Part shown: piece by piece, positions 8,301 to 16,872 of the stretch | Position numbering within the stretch: the first letter of the stretch is position 1 | How the letters are laid out: the number at the start of each line of letters is the position of its first letter | Origin: a virus | Lineage: Duplodnaviria; Heunggongvirae; Uroviricota; Caudoviricetes | IMG/VR virus record: IMGVR_UViG_3300042346_001601 | Length of the DNA: 40,116 bases | Strand: one strand, 5' to 3' | The notes under the pieces: model-generated | The model's input: the letters and a program-made list of their open reading frames with translations, nothing else | Databases searched by the model: none | Told to the model about the DNA's origin: nothing | Made by a program: the position numbers and the translations under genes

Positions 8301-8553
8301 CCCCAGCTCCCTTGGCATAATTTATAAGACCGGCGTCGTTGTTTAGCACGGCAGCTGAAAACCCGTAGGCATTGTAGTCGGCTCCAGTTCTTTCTTGGTA
8401 AACAACATAACCTCCGATGGGAGCGTCAATCCCGTTCCAAAATCCAGTTTCAGAGGTAGGGGCATAACTGACATTGTTAATTCCGATAGATGCGGAGCCT
8501 TTTCTCAAAGAATTGGTAGAGGTGTTACTCGAAAATTTAATGGCATTGGGCAT
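5326..8553 (-). CDS. Large virion-surface or fibre-like protein: carbohydrate-binding-like module, LamG domains and delta-60-type beta-propeller repeats
   Basis: 1075 aa; LALNLDANFVASYP..W.DL and LSFYLDAGNLVSYP LamG starts; repeated IAIQSDGKIIVGGNFTTYNG...RIIRLNSDGSIDTGF units. Confidence 0.8.
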   Translation of the reverse strand: MPNAIKFSSNTSTNSLRKGSASIGINNVSYAPTSETGFWNGIDAPIGGYVVYQERTGADYNAYGFSAAVLNNDAGLINYAKGAGGEATTNQYQNPAFENSTTSWQFGSWDNNIFQYSVETVTGPLGNQIKALKITKVSSSSGPAHFHQGNGGKYLNGKTYSLSAYVKGSGIFGKRTQSGFTGNTGNESLTENWKKVEFTVLSSTSTNYPYWDAGSITLNIPMYFTLAQSEEKSYSTWFVNGTRTEITTAPDALFWIDSQPNLFCANRNYEDIVTDGLALNLDANFVASYPATGATWYDLGPSGNNGTLVNGPIFNSSGWITFDGSDDRFNYNTAVDLENWSFQGTFLLNFEKIKSTQLNTFASNSAGLTPGNLLFELSYSVFTYSIVVDGNGNVFVGGRITEYNGTSISFIIKTDSSGNLVTAFNTGLTLTQTQAVTGLQLDASGNLYYVGYNFGNLVRISATSGSQLQAIATVNATITQANLLLDSANNKAYIGGWFTSIQGTAAQRIARINMPGMTIDTSFNTTTGFVNEEDVQMMALQSDGKLIVGGQFTSYKGSSYNRIIRLNSDATIDTSFNPGTGFNNTVIRNCIAIQSDGKIIVGGNFTTYNGTSANRIIRLNSDGSIDTGFVYGTGFDSNVTALALDSNGKIVVAGQFQTYNGSSRNRIIRLNTNGTIDTGFSIGTGFSSSVGAIAIQSDGKILVGGEFSAYNGSTANQLCRLNSDGTIDSSFSSGTGILGGYRLNCQLGFRNSSNFLTAQFFYAITRPTGYDWRSYETAVSPFLGRFINWAITKNSSNQLNLYWNGIVNNTTNVPSPTNLRFQINRSGTMKGNLDRYSLYNKQLSQAEILQNYYQGPIVTSGLSFYLDAGNLVSYPAGGTASYSLTGTVTGSLQNGVGFSPQNGGFWNFDGSNDRILLSSSINMGNGSTPWTISAWVRTTTTVTGLGQGTIISNQSGGPVYSQLCINGGKITYWSYKTSWVQYLGNTTINTGNWVNLVWRNNVANTMTFFVNGVFDGTVSDSSIGGPATNPLDSIGRYVGQNSFAGDISMLMIYTSALTQSEIGSNYNLQRIRYNI

Positions 8554-8573
8554 CTTAAAAAGAATATCTTCTT

Positions 8574-8581
8574 TATATATC
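8574..8581 (-). promoter_or_regulatory. GATATATA box
   Basis: TATATATC about 20 nt upstream of the ATG at 8553. Confidence 0.7.
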
Positions 8582-8683
8582 GGAAATTATCTTGCCAACT
8601 ATTTAAAATCCTTTAATCCTTAATTAGAAACAAATAGACATAATTTGAGCTATGAATATATATTTTTCTTTTTTTCTTCTCAG

Positions 8684-9697
8684 ATGGACATAAAAATAGA
8701 AATTACCGAAATAGATCTCGATAAGGCTTACTCTGAAAATCTGCTACTGTGTCATTTTAAAACTTTTTTCAGCGGTAACTTAACAGTGACTCTCAGAGTT
8801 AGAATCGAGGATCCTTTCTTCGGTTCTGATTTTTTCATCGGTCCTACGATAGTTTTATGTCAGAATTCCTGGGAATATTGGGTTTCTTTTCGCATCAAGG
8901 ACATTCTATCCGATCCCACTTTAGGATTCAGAGGAGGCTTTATCATAATTTTTGAAGATGCGAATTCAGGTCTTGAAATCATGCGGAAATCCTTTACCCC
9001 CGGAGGGATTGACTACAATCTGAGAAAAACAAGTCCAGATGCTCCTTATGATAAACCCAGACTATTTATGGTGGGTGATTCGCACACCTGGACTAACTAC
9101 GGTCAGAGCCACGAGAGAATTGACGAAGCTGGAGGCTATGTTCTCTCTCGTCACGTTGTTTACAAGGTTTCGTCTTTCTCTTTTTGGAGAGGAAATTATT
9201 CTGGCTTTTTGTCTCTGTTGCCACTAGAATCTCAAGACGCATTGCTTTTTTCTTTTGGCACCTATGATTTAAGAAGAGGATGTTTTAAACTTGCCAAAAC
9301 CCGGAATATTCCTGTTATGGAAATCGTTTACCAAACTCTATTTCAAACCCTTTATAAACTGAAATCATTAAGGGAAATTTACCCGACTATCCCTTTCATC
9401 ATTTCTTCTGTTGTACCCCCGATCAGGCTGAAAAATATTCCCGAGCAAGATCACAATGATCATTGTTGGTCATCTTCAGACGAGGAAAGACTTGCCGTTT
9501 ACGAGACCTACAGAAATTTTTGGATCAGACAGGCTCCTTTTTTAGATTCGTGTAGTTTTTTAGATTGGACTTCTACCTATAAAGATCAGGAAGGATTTTG
9601 CATCCCTGATGAAATGAGAGCAGGAGATATACACGTTCAAAATTTTCGCCCTGCCTTAGCTTGTCTAGATGAGCACTTAACAAAAATTAAAAGGTAA
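8684..9697 (+). CDS. SGNH/GDSL-hydrolase-like protein (alternative start 8645)
   Basis: Block I LFMVGDSH, block III FGTYD, block V GDIH. Confidence 0.6.
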   Translation: MDIKIEITEIDLDKAYSENLLLCHFKTFFSGNLTVTLRVRIEDPFFGSDFFIGPTIVLCQNSWEYWVSFRIKDILSDPTLGFRGGFIIIFEDANSGLEIMRKSFTPGGIDYNLRKTSPDAPYDKPRLFMVGDSHTWTNYGQSHERIDEAGGYVLSRHVVYKVSSFSFWRGNYSGFLSLLPLESQDALLFSFGTYDLRRGCFKLAKTRNIPVMEIVYQTLFQTLYKLKSLREIYPTIPFIISSVVPPIRLKNIPEQDHNDHCWSSSDEERLAVYETYRNFWIRQAPFLDSCSFLDWTSTYKDQEGFCIPDEMRAGDIHVQNFRPALACLDEHLTKIKR

Positions 9698-9711
9698 TCA
9701 TATAGTTATTT

Positions 9712-10875
9712 TTATACCTTTTTTTTAAGATAGGGCGTAAATTTTATCAGAGCCTTGATTTGTTTCAAGAAAAGAGGTTCTAATTTCTGTTCTATTTCCT
9801 GCCTCGTTTCCTCAAATTTCTTAACATCCCACAGATAGGCCAGGTCCAGAAGAGCCGGTCCTTTTTCTTTGTCGACTCTCTCCCTCCAGAATTCATAATC
9901 AAAAATTCTTTGTAAATCTGGATGAGTTAAAAGGAGCTGAGTTTCTCCCGGTTCCATCTCTTTATCCAATATCTGAGCCCATTTGTTAATTTCATTGGGT
10001 TGAGGCCAGGATCCATTCCTGAAAGACAAATTTGAGTTCGCGTAACTTCCAGGGATTGTGAACCTAAAGCTATCGGTGATAATTTGGGGACATCCCTCCA
10101 GAGAAGTTAGAGGGTTCAGATCACAATCAAAATATTCTAGTTTTTTTGGAGCTCCAACTAGATTTGTCAACAGATTACTCCAACAACTAAGAGTAAGAAC
10201 CTCCTGGGGTCCTCCAACCAGAGTGGTAATCTGGTTGGATGAACATCTCAAGTACTCCATCTTTTCAGGAACTCCTTTTAAGCTAGTTAATAGATTTTCC
10301 TCAACCTGCAAATTTTCCAAATTTTCCGGGCAGTAATATAGACTACTGATTTTATTTCTTGAGCAATCAAGGGTTTTAACTGATTGTGATATTCCCTTCA
10401 AGTTTGTCAGACCACATCCCCATGTTGATATTCTATCCACTTTCGGGGGGCAACCTTCCAAACTTTGAAGTTCCTTGTTATCACTACAATTGAAATAGAG
10501 GACTTCATCGGGAGCTCCTTCTAAAGAGGTCAATGAATTTGAATTGCAAACGTAAGAAGCTTTGACTTTTTTGGGTCCTCCTAAAAGGTTAGTTAATTTG
10601 TTACTATTACATTTAAAGGAAAAACATTGCTCAGGACATCCTTCCAGAGTGGTCATACCATTTTGAGAACAATCGAATTCTCCACTTACCACTCCGAAGG
10701 GAGTCCCTTTTAGGCTTAATAGATTTTTATTGGAACACTTAAAATCCCCCTGAACGTCTATCTTATTCGTATCTGGATTTAACTGCCAGGATCCCTTACA
10801 ACACTGGTCCAGGAAATTCTGAAGTTTGTGAGGATTGGCTCCCTCGAAAATATTGAAATTTAGTTCATTTTTCAT
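9712..10875 (-). CDS. LRR protein, AT-rich distant paralogue of the 1-2086 array
   Basis: WQLNPDTNKIDVQGDFKC N-cap; about 10 CxxNxLTSLEGxP repeats; C-terminal LLDLAYLWD..FEETRQEIEQKL..LKQIKAL. Confidence 0.85.
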   Translation of the reverse strand: MKNELNFNIFEGANPHKLQNFLDQCCKGSWQLNPDTNKIDVQGDFKCSNKNLLSLKGTPFGVVSGEFDCSQNGMTTLEGCPEQCFSFKCNSNKLTNLLGGPKKVKASYVCNSNSLTSLEGAPDEVLYFNCSDNKELQSLEGCPPKVDRISTWGCGLTNLKGISQSVKTLDCSRNKISSLYYCPENLENLQVEENLLTSLKGVPEKMEYLRCSSNQITTLVGGPQEVLTLSCWSNLLTNLVGAPKKLEYFDCDLNPLTSLEGCPQIITDSFRFTIPGSYANSNLSFRNGSWPQPNEINKWAQILDKEMEPGETQLLLTHPDLQRIFDYEFWRERVDKEKGPALLDLAYLWDVKKFEETRQEIEQKLEPLFLKQIKALIKFTPYLKKKV

Positions 10876-12062
10876 CTTTTTAAATAGGCGTGCCGGGTTT
10901 GTAAAGCCTTGATGGTTTTAATTTGTTTTGGATCCAATTTTTTCATAAGCTTCTCTCTTTCGTGCTCCCAACCAGGCTCATCCCAAAGATAGGAGATATC
11001 CAGAAGAACCTGACCGTCGAGTTTTAGATCCCCGGTTAATTGATCCCACCAGTAATCTGCGTCTATAAAAGGCAGAGTGGACATCAGGTTAGATTCCTCT
11101 GCATTTCCATTTTTTATTACCTCTAACCAACCTCCAATTCCCCATTTTTTGTCTTTAAGCCTACCAAATTCTATCTGAACTCGGTAAGGCCAATGATCCC
11201 CTTTTAAGATAGTCACCAGATCACACTTCATAACAACCATTCCATCCAAAGATTCTAGCGGTAAATTCAAAGCCAGATTGTCTAGTTTATTCTGATCTGG
11301 ATGCAAAAACCTGCAATTTACAATTCCTTCTACCCCCGTAACACGGATTCCCTCCTTCACCAAGGGAAAAAAAGAGACATCTTGACAATCTTCCGCAAAA
11401 TGTACATTACGTATCACGAGATTGTTGCAGGTGTCTGGCATTATTTTTAGACACTCGCTCAGATTAAGATGCAAAGGTTTCAAGCCTTTATCAATTCTAT
11501 AGTAAGAATTTTCTCTATCCTTGTCTGCGATAAAGAGGCTATTCACGTGTTCCAAATTATACCCGGAGTCCAGTAAGACAGGCAAATTGGAGGAATGAAT
11601 AAAAAAATTACCGTTAATCCTGACCTTTTTTTTACCAGGGTCGATGACAATTTTTTTAATTACGCTTTTGTTAATAGAAGTTGATCCATTCAGAAAAATA
11701 GTGAAAATTTCAGGATCCACCCCCGGAGGAACTCCGGATTTAAGCAGACTGAATTTATCGATCAGATAATCAGCCGCCTCTTCCCAATTCTTTCCCGCAG
11801 TGATCCATCCAGACCTAGCATTTTTATCCCTCAAATAACCGGTTTCTTGGTACACTATGCCACTGGGATAAAAGGGAAACATATCGTTCATGAGCAGAAC
11901 ATTGTTCCCCATTTTTTTCATTCTGTCCGTGGTAGCATCTCTAAAACCCAAATCCTGAAGGGCCTTCCATTTACTAGGAAAGGAAATCTCCCAAATATTT
12001 TTTCTATGGATTAGAGATTCGTTGATGAATTCAGTGAAATTTTGGACGATAGTCTTTTTCAT
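10872..12062 (-). CDS. Hypothetical protein sharing the LRR-array C-terminal domain
   Basis: C-terminus GDLKLDGQVLLDISYLWDEPGWEHEREKLMKKLDPKQIKTIKAL; leader MKKTIVQNFTEFINES; ATGA overlap with 9712-10875. Confidence 0.8.
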   Translation of the reverse strand: MKKTIVQNFTEFINESLIHRKNIWEISFPSKWKALQDLGFRDATTDRMKKMGNNVLLMNDMFPFYPSGIVYQETGYLRDKNARSGWITAGKNWEEAADYLIDKFSLLKSGVPPGVDPEIFTIFLNGSTSINKSVIKKIVIDPGKKKVRINGNFFIHSSNLPVLLDSGYNLEHVNSLFIADKDRENSYYRIDKGLKPLHLNLSECLKIMPDTCNNLVIRNVHFAEDCQDVSFFPLVKEGIRVTGVEGIVNCRFLHPDQNKLDNLALNLPLESLDGMVVMKCDLVTILKGDHWPYRVQIEFGRLKDKKWGIGGWLEVIKNGNAEESNLMSTLPFIDADYWWDQLTGDLKLDGQVLLDISYLWDEPGWEHEREKLMKKLDPKQIKTIKALQTRHAYLKR

Positions 12063-12077
12063 TCTTGAAATTATTTT

Positions 12078-13952
12078 TTACTCCTCTCCTTTTATATCCG
12101 GAATAATTCTAGTCCTAAAAACTTCTTCTACCTTAGGAAATTCTTCCAAGATGGCTTTTAAAGTATTCTGAACGTCGTCTCCAAATCCATGGACGTCGTT
12201 TAATAACTCCATAGCTTCAATGGTGTTCTGGTAGATCTTTTCGGCATCATCCCAATTAAAATCGCTGCCCATAAAGTCTTCGTAAATCAAAAAATCCTGG
12301 AGGGTAGAAAATCCTTTTTCTTCAAAATAGGATTTTACTTCATCGACTGTAAATTTAAACTCCTTTTTAATCGCCCCAGAAACGATTCCAAACAATTTTT
12401 CCCATTCTTTTTGAGAAATTTCATTCTTTTCAATCTGGGTTTGGATCCAAGTAGCACCTAAAAAAGAAAGAACATTTCCTCCTTTTTTGTTGGTACTACC
12501 TATTTCTTTGTAGATCGTATCCAAAATTTTCTTGATTCTTAACTCATCGTGTACATTTTTTGAAATTATATCTATTATCTCTTTCCTATGCGGAACCCCC
12601 TCCTTCTCCAGATACCAAGACAAATGTTTGTTTCTCGTGCTAAGAAGGGGACGACGGTTATTCTTATCCCCGTAGTCATAGACGGTGAGATCCGGATTGA
12701 TTGTATAAGTCAATAGAGCATTTTCAGCATTTTGATCTAACTCCATTTGGTTAATAGAAATTTGCAGTCTGCCGGTGGTATAACTTTCCCATTGCGTTTG
12801 CTGTTGAATACAAAGAGCAGATGATGTTATTCTACAGACTTCACTAATTCCGTACCAGGTTCTAGCAGAAGTTAAAATGATATTATCTTTGGTGAAAATA
12901 TGAAGAATTTTCACCGCGGGTGATTGGTTCTCCAGATCATTGATGATCTGGTGCACACTTTTTGACCAACCTTTTTGTACTCCTTTGGCGTTATCTAAAA
13001 AGTGCTGAAAGGCAACTTCGGGCTTACTCTTATCCGAAAGCTCAGGATAAGTTCTAGTGTCTTTGTACATCCCCGACTGGGATAACAACACGTTTTCTGC
13101 CCGATTTGGATACTCCCTTAAAATCTCTTCGGTTCTATTTCCGTGTCTATCTCTTGCAAATACTTTAATTGTCCCCTCTTTATGTTCAAGCTTTAGAATT
13201 GGCCAGATGGTGTTAAAAACTTCATCATAGAGTTTTTTCATGGCAGGAGATTCGTTTTTTTTCTTTAAAATCTCTTTTCTGAAATAATCTTTGATGATAG
13301 GGGCATGATTCCCAAAAAATTGATCAACCTTCATTTCTCTGAGCTTTTCGTCTAAATCGTCATTCAGTTTTTCGATGGCTGGCATTCCTTCTATATCTCC
13401 TTTCTCCTTTGCCCTGATATAACCTTCAGGATCTACATACGGCAAAGGAAATCTGTCTTTGATCTGTTTTTGCTGAGCCAACTTCCGAAGTAGGTTTGAA
13501 AAATCCAGATTTTTAGTCAAATTTTCGATCTCTAATTCTTTTTGTCTCTCATTTTTATCCGAATTTTCAATCTCCTTGATTTTTTTATCAAGTTCACTGT
13601 CACTTAATCCTATTTCAAGAGTGGGCATCTCCAAGGCAAAATAAACAAAAGGATAGGTGTAAGAAGGACTGTTTTTCTTCTCAAGAAATTCTTTTACGGT
13701 AGCAAAAACAGGTTTGCCCCTTAATTTTCCGCCTTCGAATCTAAATTCATCTAGTGCTTTTTCTTTTTCTTTGCTATCCAGATCAATGCCTCTCAAATCG
13801 GATCCTTTTAGTTGCTCCAAGTTCTTTATTTCTTCCGTCGGGTTTGCTTTTTTATATTTAGCAATTTTATAAAGAAAATTCTTGGCTGCTTCTACGTTTT
13901 CCAACAAAGGGCTGGAAAAAGAATCAAAAGATAAAATGTGAATATTTTTCAT
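12078..13952 (-). CDS. Large hypothetical protein with leader peptide
   Basis: 624-aa ORF; MKNIHILSFDSFSSPLLEN leader; no family recognised. Confidence 0.75.
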   Translation of the reverse strand: MKNIHILSFDSFSSPLLENVEAAKNFLYKIAKYKKANPTEEIKNLEQLKGSDLRGIDLDSKEKEKALDEFRFEGGKLRGKPVFATVKEFLEKKNSPSYTYPFVYFALEMPTLEIGLSDSELDKKIKEIENSDKNERQKELEIENLTKNLDFSNLLRKLAQQKQIKDRFPLPYVDPEGYIRAKEKGDIEGMPAIEKLNDDLDEKLREMKVDQFFGNHAPIIKDYFRKEILKKKNESPAMKKLYDEVFNTIWPILKLEHKEGTIKVFARDRHGNRTEEILREYPNRAENVLLSQSGMYKDTRTYPELSDKSKPEVAFQHFLDNAKGVQKGWSKSVHQIINDLENQSPAVKILHIFTKDNIILTSARTWYGISEVCRITSSALCIQQQTQWESYTTGRLQISINQMELDQNAENALLTYTINPDLTVYDYGDKNNRRPLLSTRNKHLSWYLEKEGVPHRKEIIDIISKNVHDELRIKKILDTIYKEIGSTNKKGGNVLSFLGATWIQTQIEKNEISQKEWEKLFGIVSGAIKKEFKFTVDEVKSYFEEKGFSTLQDFLIYEDFMGSDFNWDDAEKIYQNTIEAMELLNDVHGFGDDVQNTLKAILEEFPKVEEVFRTRIIPDIKGEE

Positions 13953-13976
13953 TAATTTTAGGGATAATTATTTTGA

Positions 13977-13988
13977 GGATATATATCC
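13977..13988. promoter_or_regulatory. Palindromic double box GGATATATATCC, putative bidirectional promoter
   Basis: Perfect 12-nt palindrome containing GATATATA on both strands, between divergent starts 13952 (-) and 14002 (+). Confidence 0.7.
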
Positions 13989-14001
13989 ATAAAAAAACGT
14001 A

Positions 14002-14217
14002 ATGGGTAAAAACATCAGCACCACTTTTGGAGAGTTTTTCAGCAACTTATCAAATGTCTCAGAATCCTTCGAGCAATCCTTAAACAAAAACATCGTTAAT
14101 CTGAGAAAAAAATTCGAAGAGGGTGAATTTGAAAACATGGACGAAGAAAAATTTGAAGAAACCTTACAGAGGGTCGTTAATTTAGTTCGATCTATCAATA
14201 AGAATCTGAAATCCTAG
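14002..14217 (+). CDS. Small acidic protein with leader-like N-terminus
   Basis: 71 aa, MGKNISTTFGEFFSNLSNVSES; box upstream; stop abuts the convergent gene. Confidence 0.65.
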   Translation: MGKNISTTFGEFFSNLSNVSESFEQSLNKNIVNLRKKFEEGEFENMDEEKFEETLQRVVNLVRSINKNLKS

Positions 14218-14218
14218 C

Positions 14219-15175
14219 CTATAGACCAGCTTCTCTAGACCAATAATCTATGTCACGATGTTTATTAAGTCTCTCCATAAACCTGGAATTTTTAAATTCT
14301 AGAGAATTTCTCAATTCCAGAAAATCAGGTTCTTCCCAAATCAAAGCCAAAAATTGATGAATCCAGGGGTCATTGGCATCTACCAAGTCTTCAATCCAAT
14401 CTTTTTCAAGCATAGAAATCAAGAATGGGTGTAAATAATCGCTCTCTTTCCATAATCTGATCCACATTTTAGTCCCCCATTTTTCTCCGGGTAGAGAACT
14501 CACTCCGTCAATTAGTACTTTTCCTCCTATCTTCCTAGCTACTCCTTTCCAACTGGCCAAAGAAGGCAGCCTCGTTTGATAAACTTGGTACTCCCCCCCG
14601 ACTTCTTTGGGTCCTCCTTCTATAGATGTCAGCGAGTTGTTTACACACGTAAAGGATCCGGTTAGTACCTCCGGACAGCCTTTGAGACTCTTCAGATTGT
14701 AATTACCGATTAGATTCAGAGTGGTCGGGATACTGATCGAAGATACATAACTCAAATTCTCAAATTTAGGCATGTAATCTAAATTCTCTATCTGAGTGGA
14801 AGACAAAAGAAGAGAAGAGACCTTTTCTGAAATTCCTTCCAAAGAATCAAGCTTAATTTCTTCCTCCCTGGGTCTTTGGGGAGAAATTGACACGTGTCGA
14901 CAAATTCTGGGAAAATTTTTAGCGGTTTTAAGAAAAGCGGGAGGGTAAAATATACCATCTACACGATCGATGTTTAAATCTGGGGTCTCGTCTGAATCCA
15001 TCCACGAGAGGTCAAGACTTTTGTCTATTATCAATTTCCCTGTCTTTTGATCTTGAGTGATCCAAAACCTCAAATTGTCATTATTCAGACCTTTCTTCAG
15101 GATTTCTGTTTGTTCAGGGGACAGACCGAAATTGTTTTCGCTCTCAAAAATCAGAAAAGGAACAAGATGTTTCAT
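14219..15175 (-). CDS. Divergent LRR protein of the same family
   Basis: MKHLVPFLIFES leader; NYNLKSLKGCPEVLTGSFTCVNNSLTSIEGGPKEVGGEY repeats; C-terminal LALIWEEPDF. Confidence 0.8.
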   Translation of the reverse strand: MKHLVPFLIFESENNFGLSPEQTEILKKGLNNDNLRFWITQDQKTGKLIIDKSLDLSWMDSDETPDLNIDRVDGIFYPPAFLKTAKNFPRICRHVSISPQRPREEEIKLDSLEGISEKVSSLLLSSTQIENLDYMPKFENLSYVSSISIPTTLNLIGNYNLKSLKGCPEVLTGSFTCVNNSLTSIEGGPKEVGGEYQVYQTRLPSLASWKGVARKIGGKVLIDGVSSLPGEKWGTKMWIRLWKESDYLHPFLISMLEKDWIEDLVDANDPWIHQFLALIWEEPDFLELRNSLEFKNSRFMERLNKHRDIDYWSREAGL

Positions 15176-15185
15176 GAAACTTTTT

Positions 15186-15193
15186 TATATATC
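15186..15193 (-). promoter_or_regulatory. GATATATA box
   Basis: About 10 nt upstream of ATG 15175. Confidence 0.7.
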
Positions 15194-15213
15194 TCCGTAA
15201 AAATAATCAAATT

Positions 15214-15354
15214 ATGGGAAAAATTTTTCAATTCATTCGAAAATTGATGGGTGTATCAGGGTCAGACCAACCATCAGATCTTGATTTTTTAGAGTCAGAA
15301 GAAGCCCAACCCGAAACAGATTCTCATCCATTATCGGAAGGATCTCTGGATTAA
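15214..15354 (+). CDS. 46-aa small protein not in the ORF track (amphipathic N-terminus, acidic tail)
   Basis: MGKIFQFIRKLMGVSGSDQPSDLDFLESEEAQPETDSHPLSEGSLD*; A-rich leader; terminator follows. Confidence 0.5.
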   Translation: MGKIFQFIRKLMGVSGSDQPSDLDFLESEEAQPETDSHPLSEGSLD

Positions 15355-15377
15355 GTTCTTCGTTTTAAAAAATCATC

Positions 15378-15406
15378 AAAGACATCCTTAGGATGTCTTT
15401 TTTTTT
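15378..15406 (+). terminator. Rho-independent terminator
   Basis: Stem AAAGACATCC/GGATGTCTTT, loop TTA, followed by a T-run. Confidence 0.8.
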
Positions 15407-15435
15407 GTGAACCCTGGGATTCTTGAGATGTGAAA

Positions 15436-15443
15436 GATATATA
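15436..15443 (+). promoter_or_regulatory. GATATATA box
   Basis: Heads the membrane-protein cluster; a 34-aa ORF (15463-15567) overlaps the next start by ATGA. Confidence 0.6.
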
Positions 15444-15563
15444 CATCAACCACACGATAGTCATGATCACTTACAAAACCAAAAAAAATCTCACCATGCA
15501 ACCCAGAATCTTTACCCCGTTTTTATCTGGCCTGCCTTTTGTTAGAGGAAGGAGGACCGGACT

Positions 15564-15908
15564 ATGAGTTTTTTCAGTAAAATCCTCCACAATGAGGAGT
15601 TTAACACCGTTGATCCCAAACAGAGATTTAATTTCATGCTGCAGAACATGCAGTCCAATCGATGGAAAATCACCCTCCTGGTTCTGTTCATTTTCTTTTT
15701 TATAGTTTTCGGCATAGTCCTAGCCGTTATCTTTAAGGCATCTATCCAAGAATCTTGGAAAGAACTACTTCTTATCCTGATGGGAGCTTTTGTTGGAAAT
15801 CTGAACAAGGTCGTTGATTTCTGGTTCAGTAACGACGACAGAGATAAATTGTTGGTTCAAAAGATGGACGAAGAAGACGGAGAATCTTTTTCAAATATAA
15901 ACAGTTAA
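15564..15908 (+). CDS. Two-TM membrane protein, holin-like
   Basis: ITLLVLFIFFFIVFGIVLAVIF and LLLILMGAFVGNLNKVVDFWF segments; charged tail. Confidence 0.5.
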   Translation: MSFFSKILHNEEFNTVDPKQRFNFMLQNMQSNRWKITLLVLFIFFFIVFGIVLAVIFKASIQESWKELLLILMGAFVGNLNKVVDFWFSNDDRDKLLVQKMDEEDGESFSNINS

Positions 15909-15912
15909 AGAG

Positions 15913-16176
15913 ATGAAAACACCCATTACTTTTGAACAATTTAGCAAGGATCCAGTTAAGGGTCTTTTGTTTATAGTTATAGTTGCTATTGGATATCTTT
16001 ATATAGATATCAAAATGAATTACTCTGGGCAAGTTAGCAAATGTGACGAGGAGGTGGTCGTGTTGAATGCCAAAATAGATAAACTGACTGAGCATGTGAG
16101 AAAGAGTGATTCAACCCTGGGGTACACAATCTCCAAAGTAGAAATGTTAGAAATACTAAGAAATGAAGGCAAATAA
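15913..16176 (+). CDS. Single-TM coiled-coil membrane protein
   Basis: GLLFIVIVAIGYLYI then heptads (VVVLNAKIDKLTEHV). Confidence 0.65.
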   Translation: MKTPITFEQFSKDPVKGLLFIVIVAIGYLYIDIKMNYSGQVSKCDEEVVVLNAKIDKLTEHVRKSDSTLGYTISKVEMLEILRNEGK

Positions 16177-16552
16177 AATTCTCTTCTGGGGAGGTCTAGC
16201 CATCACTTTGGCTCTGACTGTTGTTCTGGCAGATAACCCCACTCCAGTTGATCCCAAAGAAAAAGAACTGGATGATCTCTTGAAACGATCCCAGAGCAGA
16301 ATGAAAAAGGTCAACGCCTTGGTCAAAAAAATTGACCAAGTTGCCTCGACCGAAGTCACTACTATGAAAGAAAATATCGAGACTCTGCAAGAAGAAAAAA
16401 TTGCATTAACTGCAGAGAAAGATAATCTGGTTGAAGAAAAACAAAAATTAACTCAAGTCCTTTATGAAACTGAAGCTGTTTTGTTGTCTCGTGATTCTGC
16501 TGTTCCTGCCCCTTTTAAGCTGGAGCCAATCTTACCCCTATCAGAGGATTGA
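16163..16552 (+). CDS. N-anchored coiled-coil protein (i-spanin-like topology)
   Basis: ILFWGGLAITLALTVVLA anchor followed by a long coiled coil. Confidence 0.55.
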   Translation: MKANKILFWGGLAITLALTVVLADNPTPVDPKEKELDDLLKRSQSRMKKVNALVKKIDQVASTEVTTMKENIETLQEEKIALTAEKDNLVEEKQKLTQVLYETEAVLLSRDSAVPAPFKLEPILPLSED

Positions 16553-16859
16553 AAACGGGGACACGGTAGTTGTCATGAAAAAGAACCAGGCTGATGCGGT
16601 TAACCTGGTCTTTAGAAGTAACCACTTTACCATCGATTCCCTCAGGTTGAAGAATCTTTTATTGGTTAATCATGTGCTGAATTACGATTCTACTTTGAAA
16701 GAATCCCTGAAAATATCAATTACTTTGGATAGTATTTTAACCTCTGAATACGCACAAGCCATGAGAAACAAGAGCCAGGCAGACAGGAGCAGTAGCAGAG
16801 CGAATAAAATTATGCCCATTGCCTGGTTTTCTTTCTTTGTTCTGTTCCTAGCTTTTTAA
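16464..16859 (+). CDS. Exported protein with signal peptide and C-terminal hydrophobic segment
   Basis: MKLKLFCCLVILLFLPLLSWSQS signal; IAWFSFFVLFLAF tail; overlaps previous ORF by 89 nt. Confidence 0.55.
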   Translation: MKLKLFCCLVILLFLPLLSWSQSYPYQRIENGDTVVVMKKNQADAVNLVFRSNHFTIDSLRLKNLLLVNHVLNYDSTLKESLKISITLDSILTSEYAQAMRNKSQADRSSSRANKIMPIAWFSFFVLFLAF

Positions 16860-16872
16860 AAAAAAATTTACC

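Noticed and set aside
16464-16859. Unimolecular spanin
   Set aside because: The topology is suggestive, but the cysteines are at positions 7-8, before the hydrophobic stretch, so there is no lipobox.
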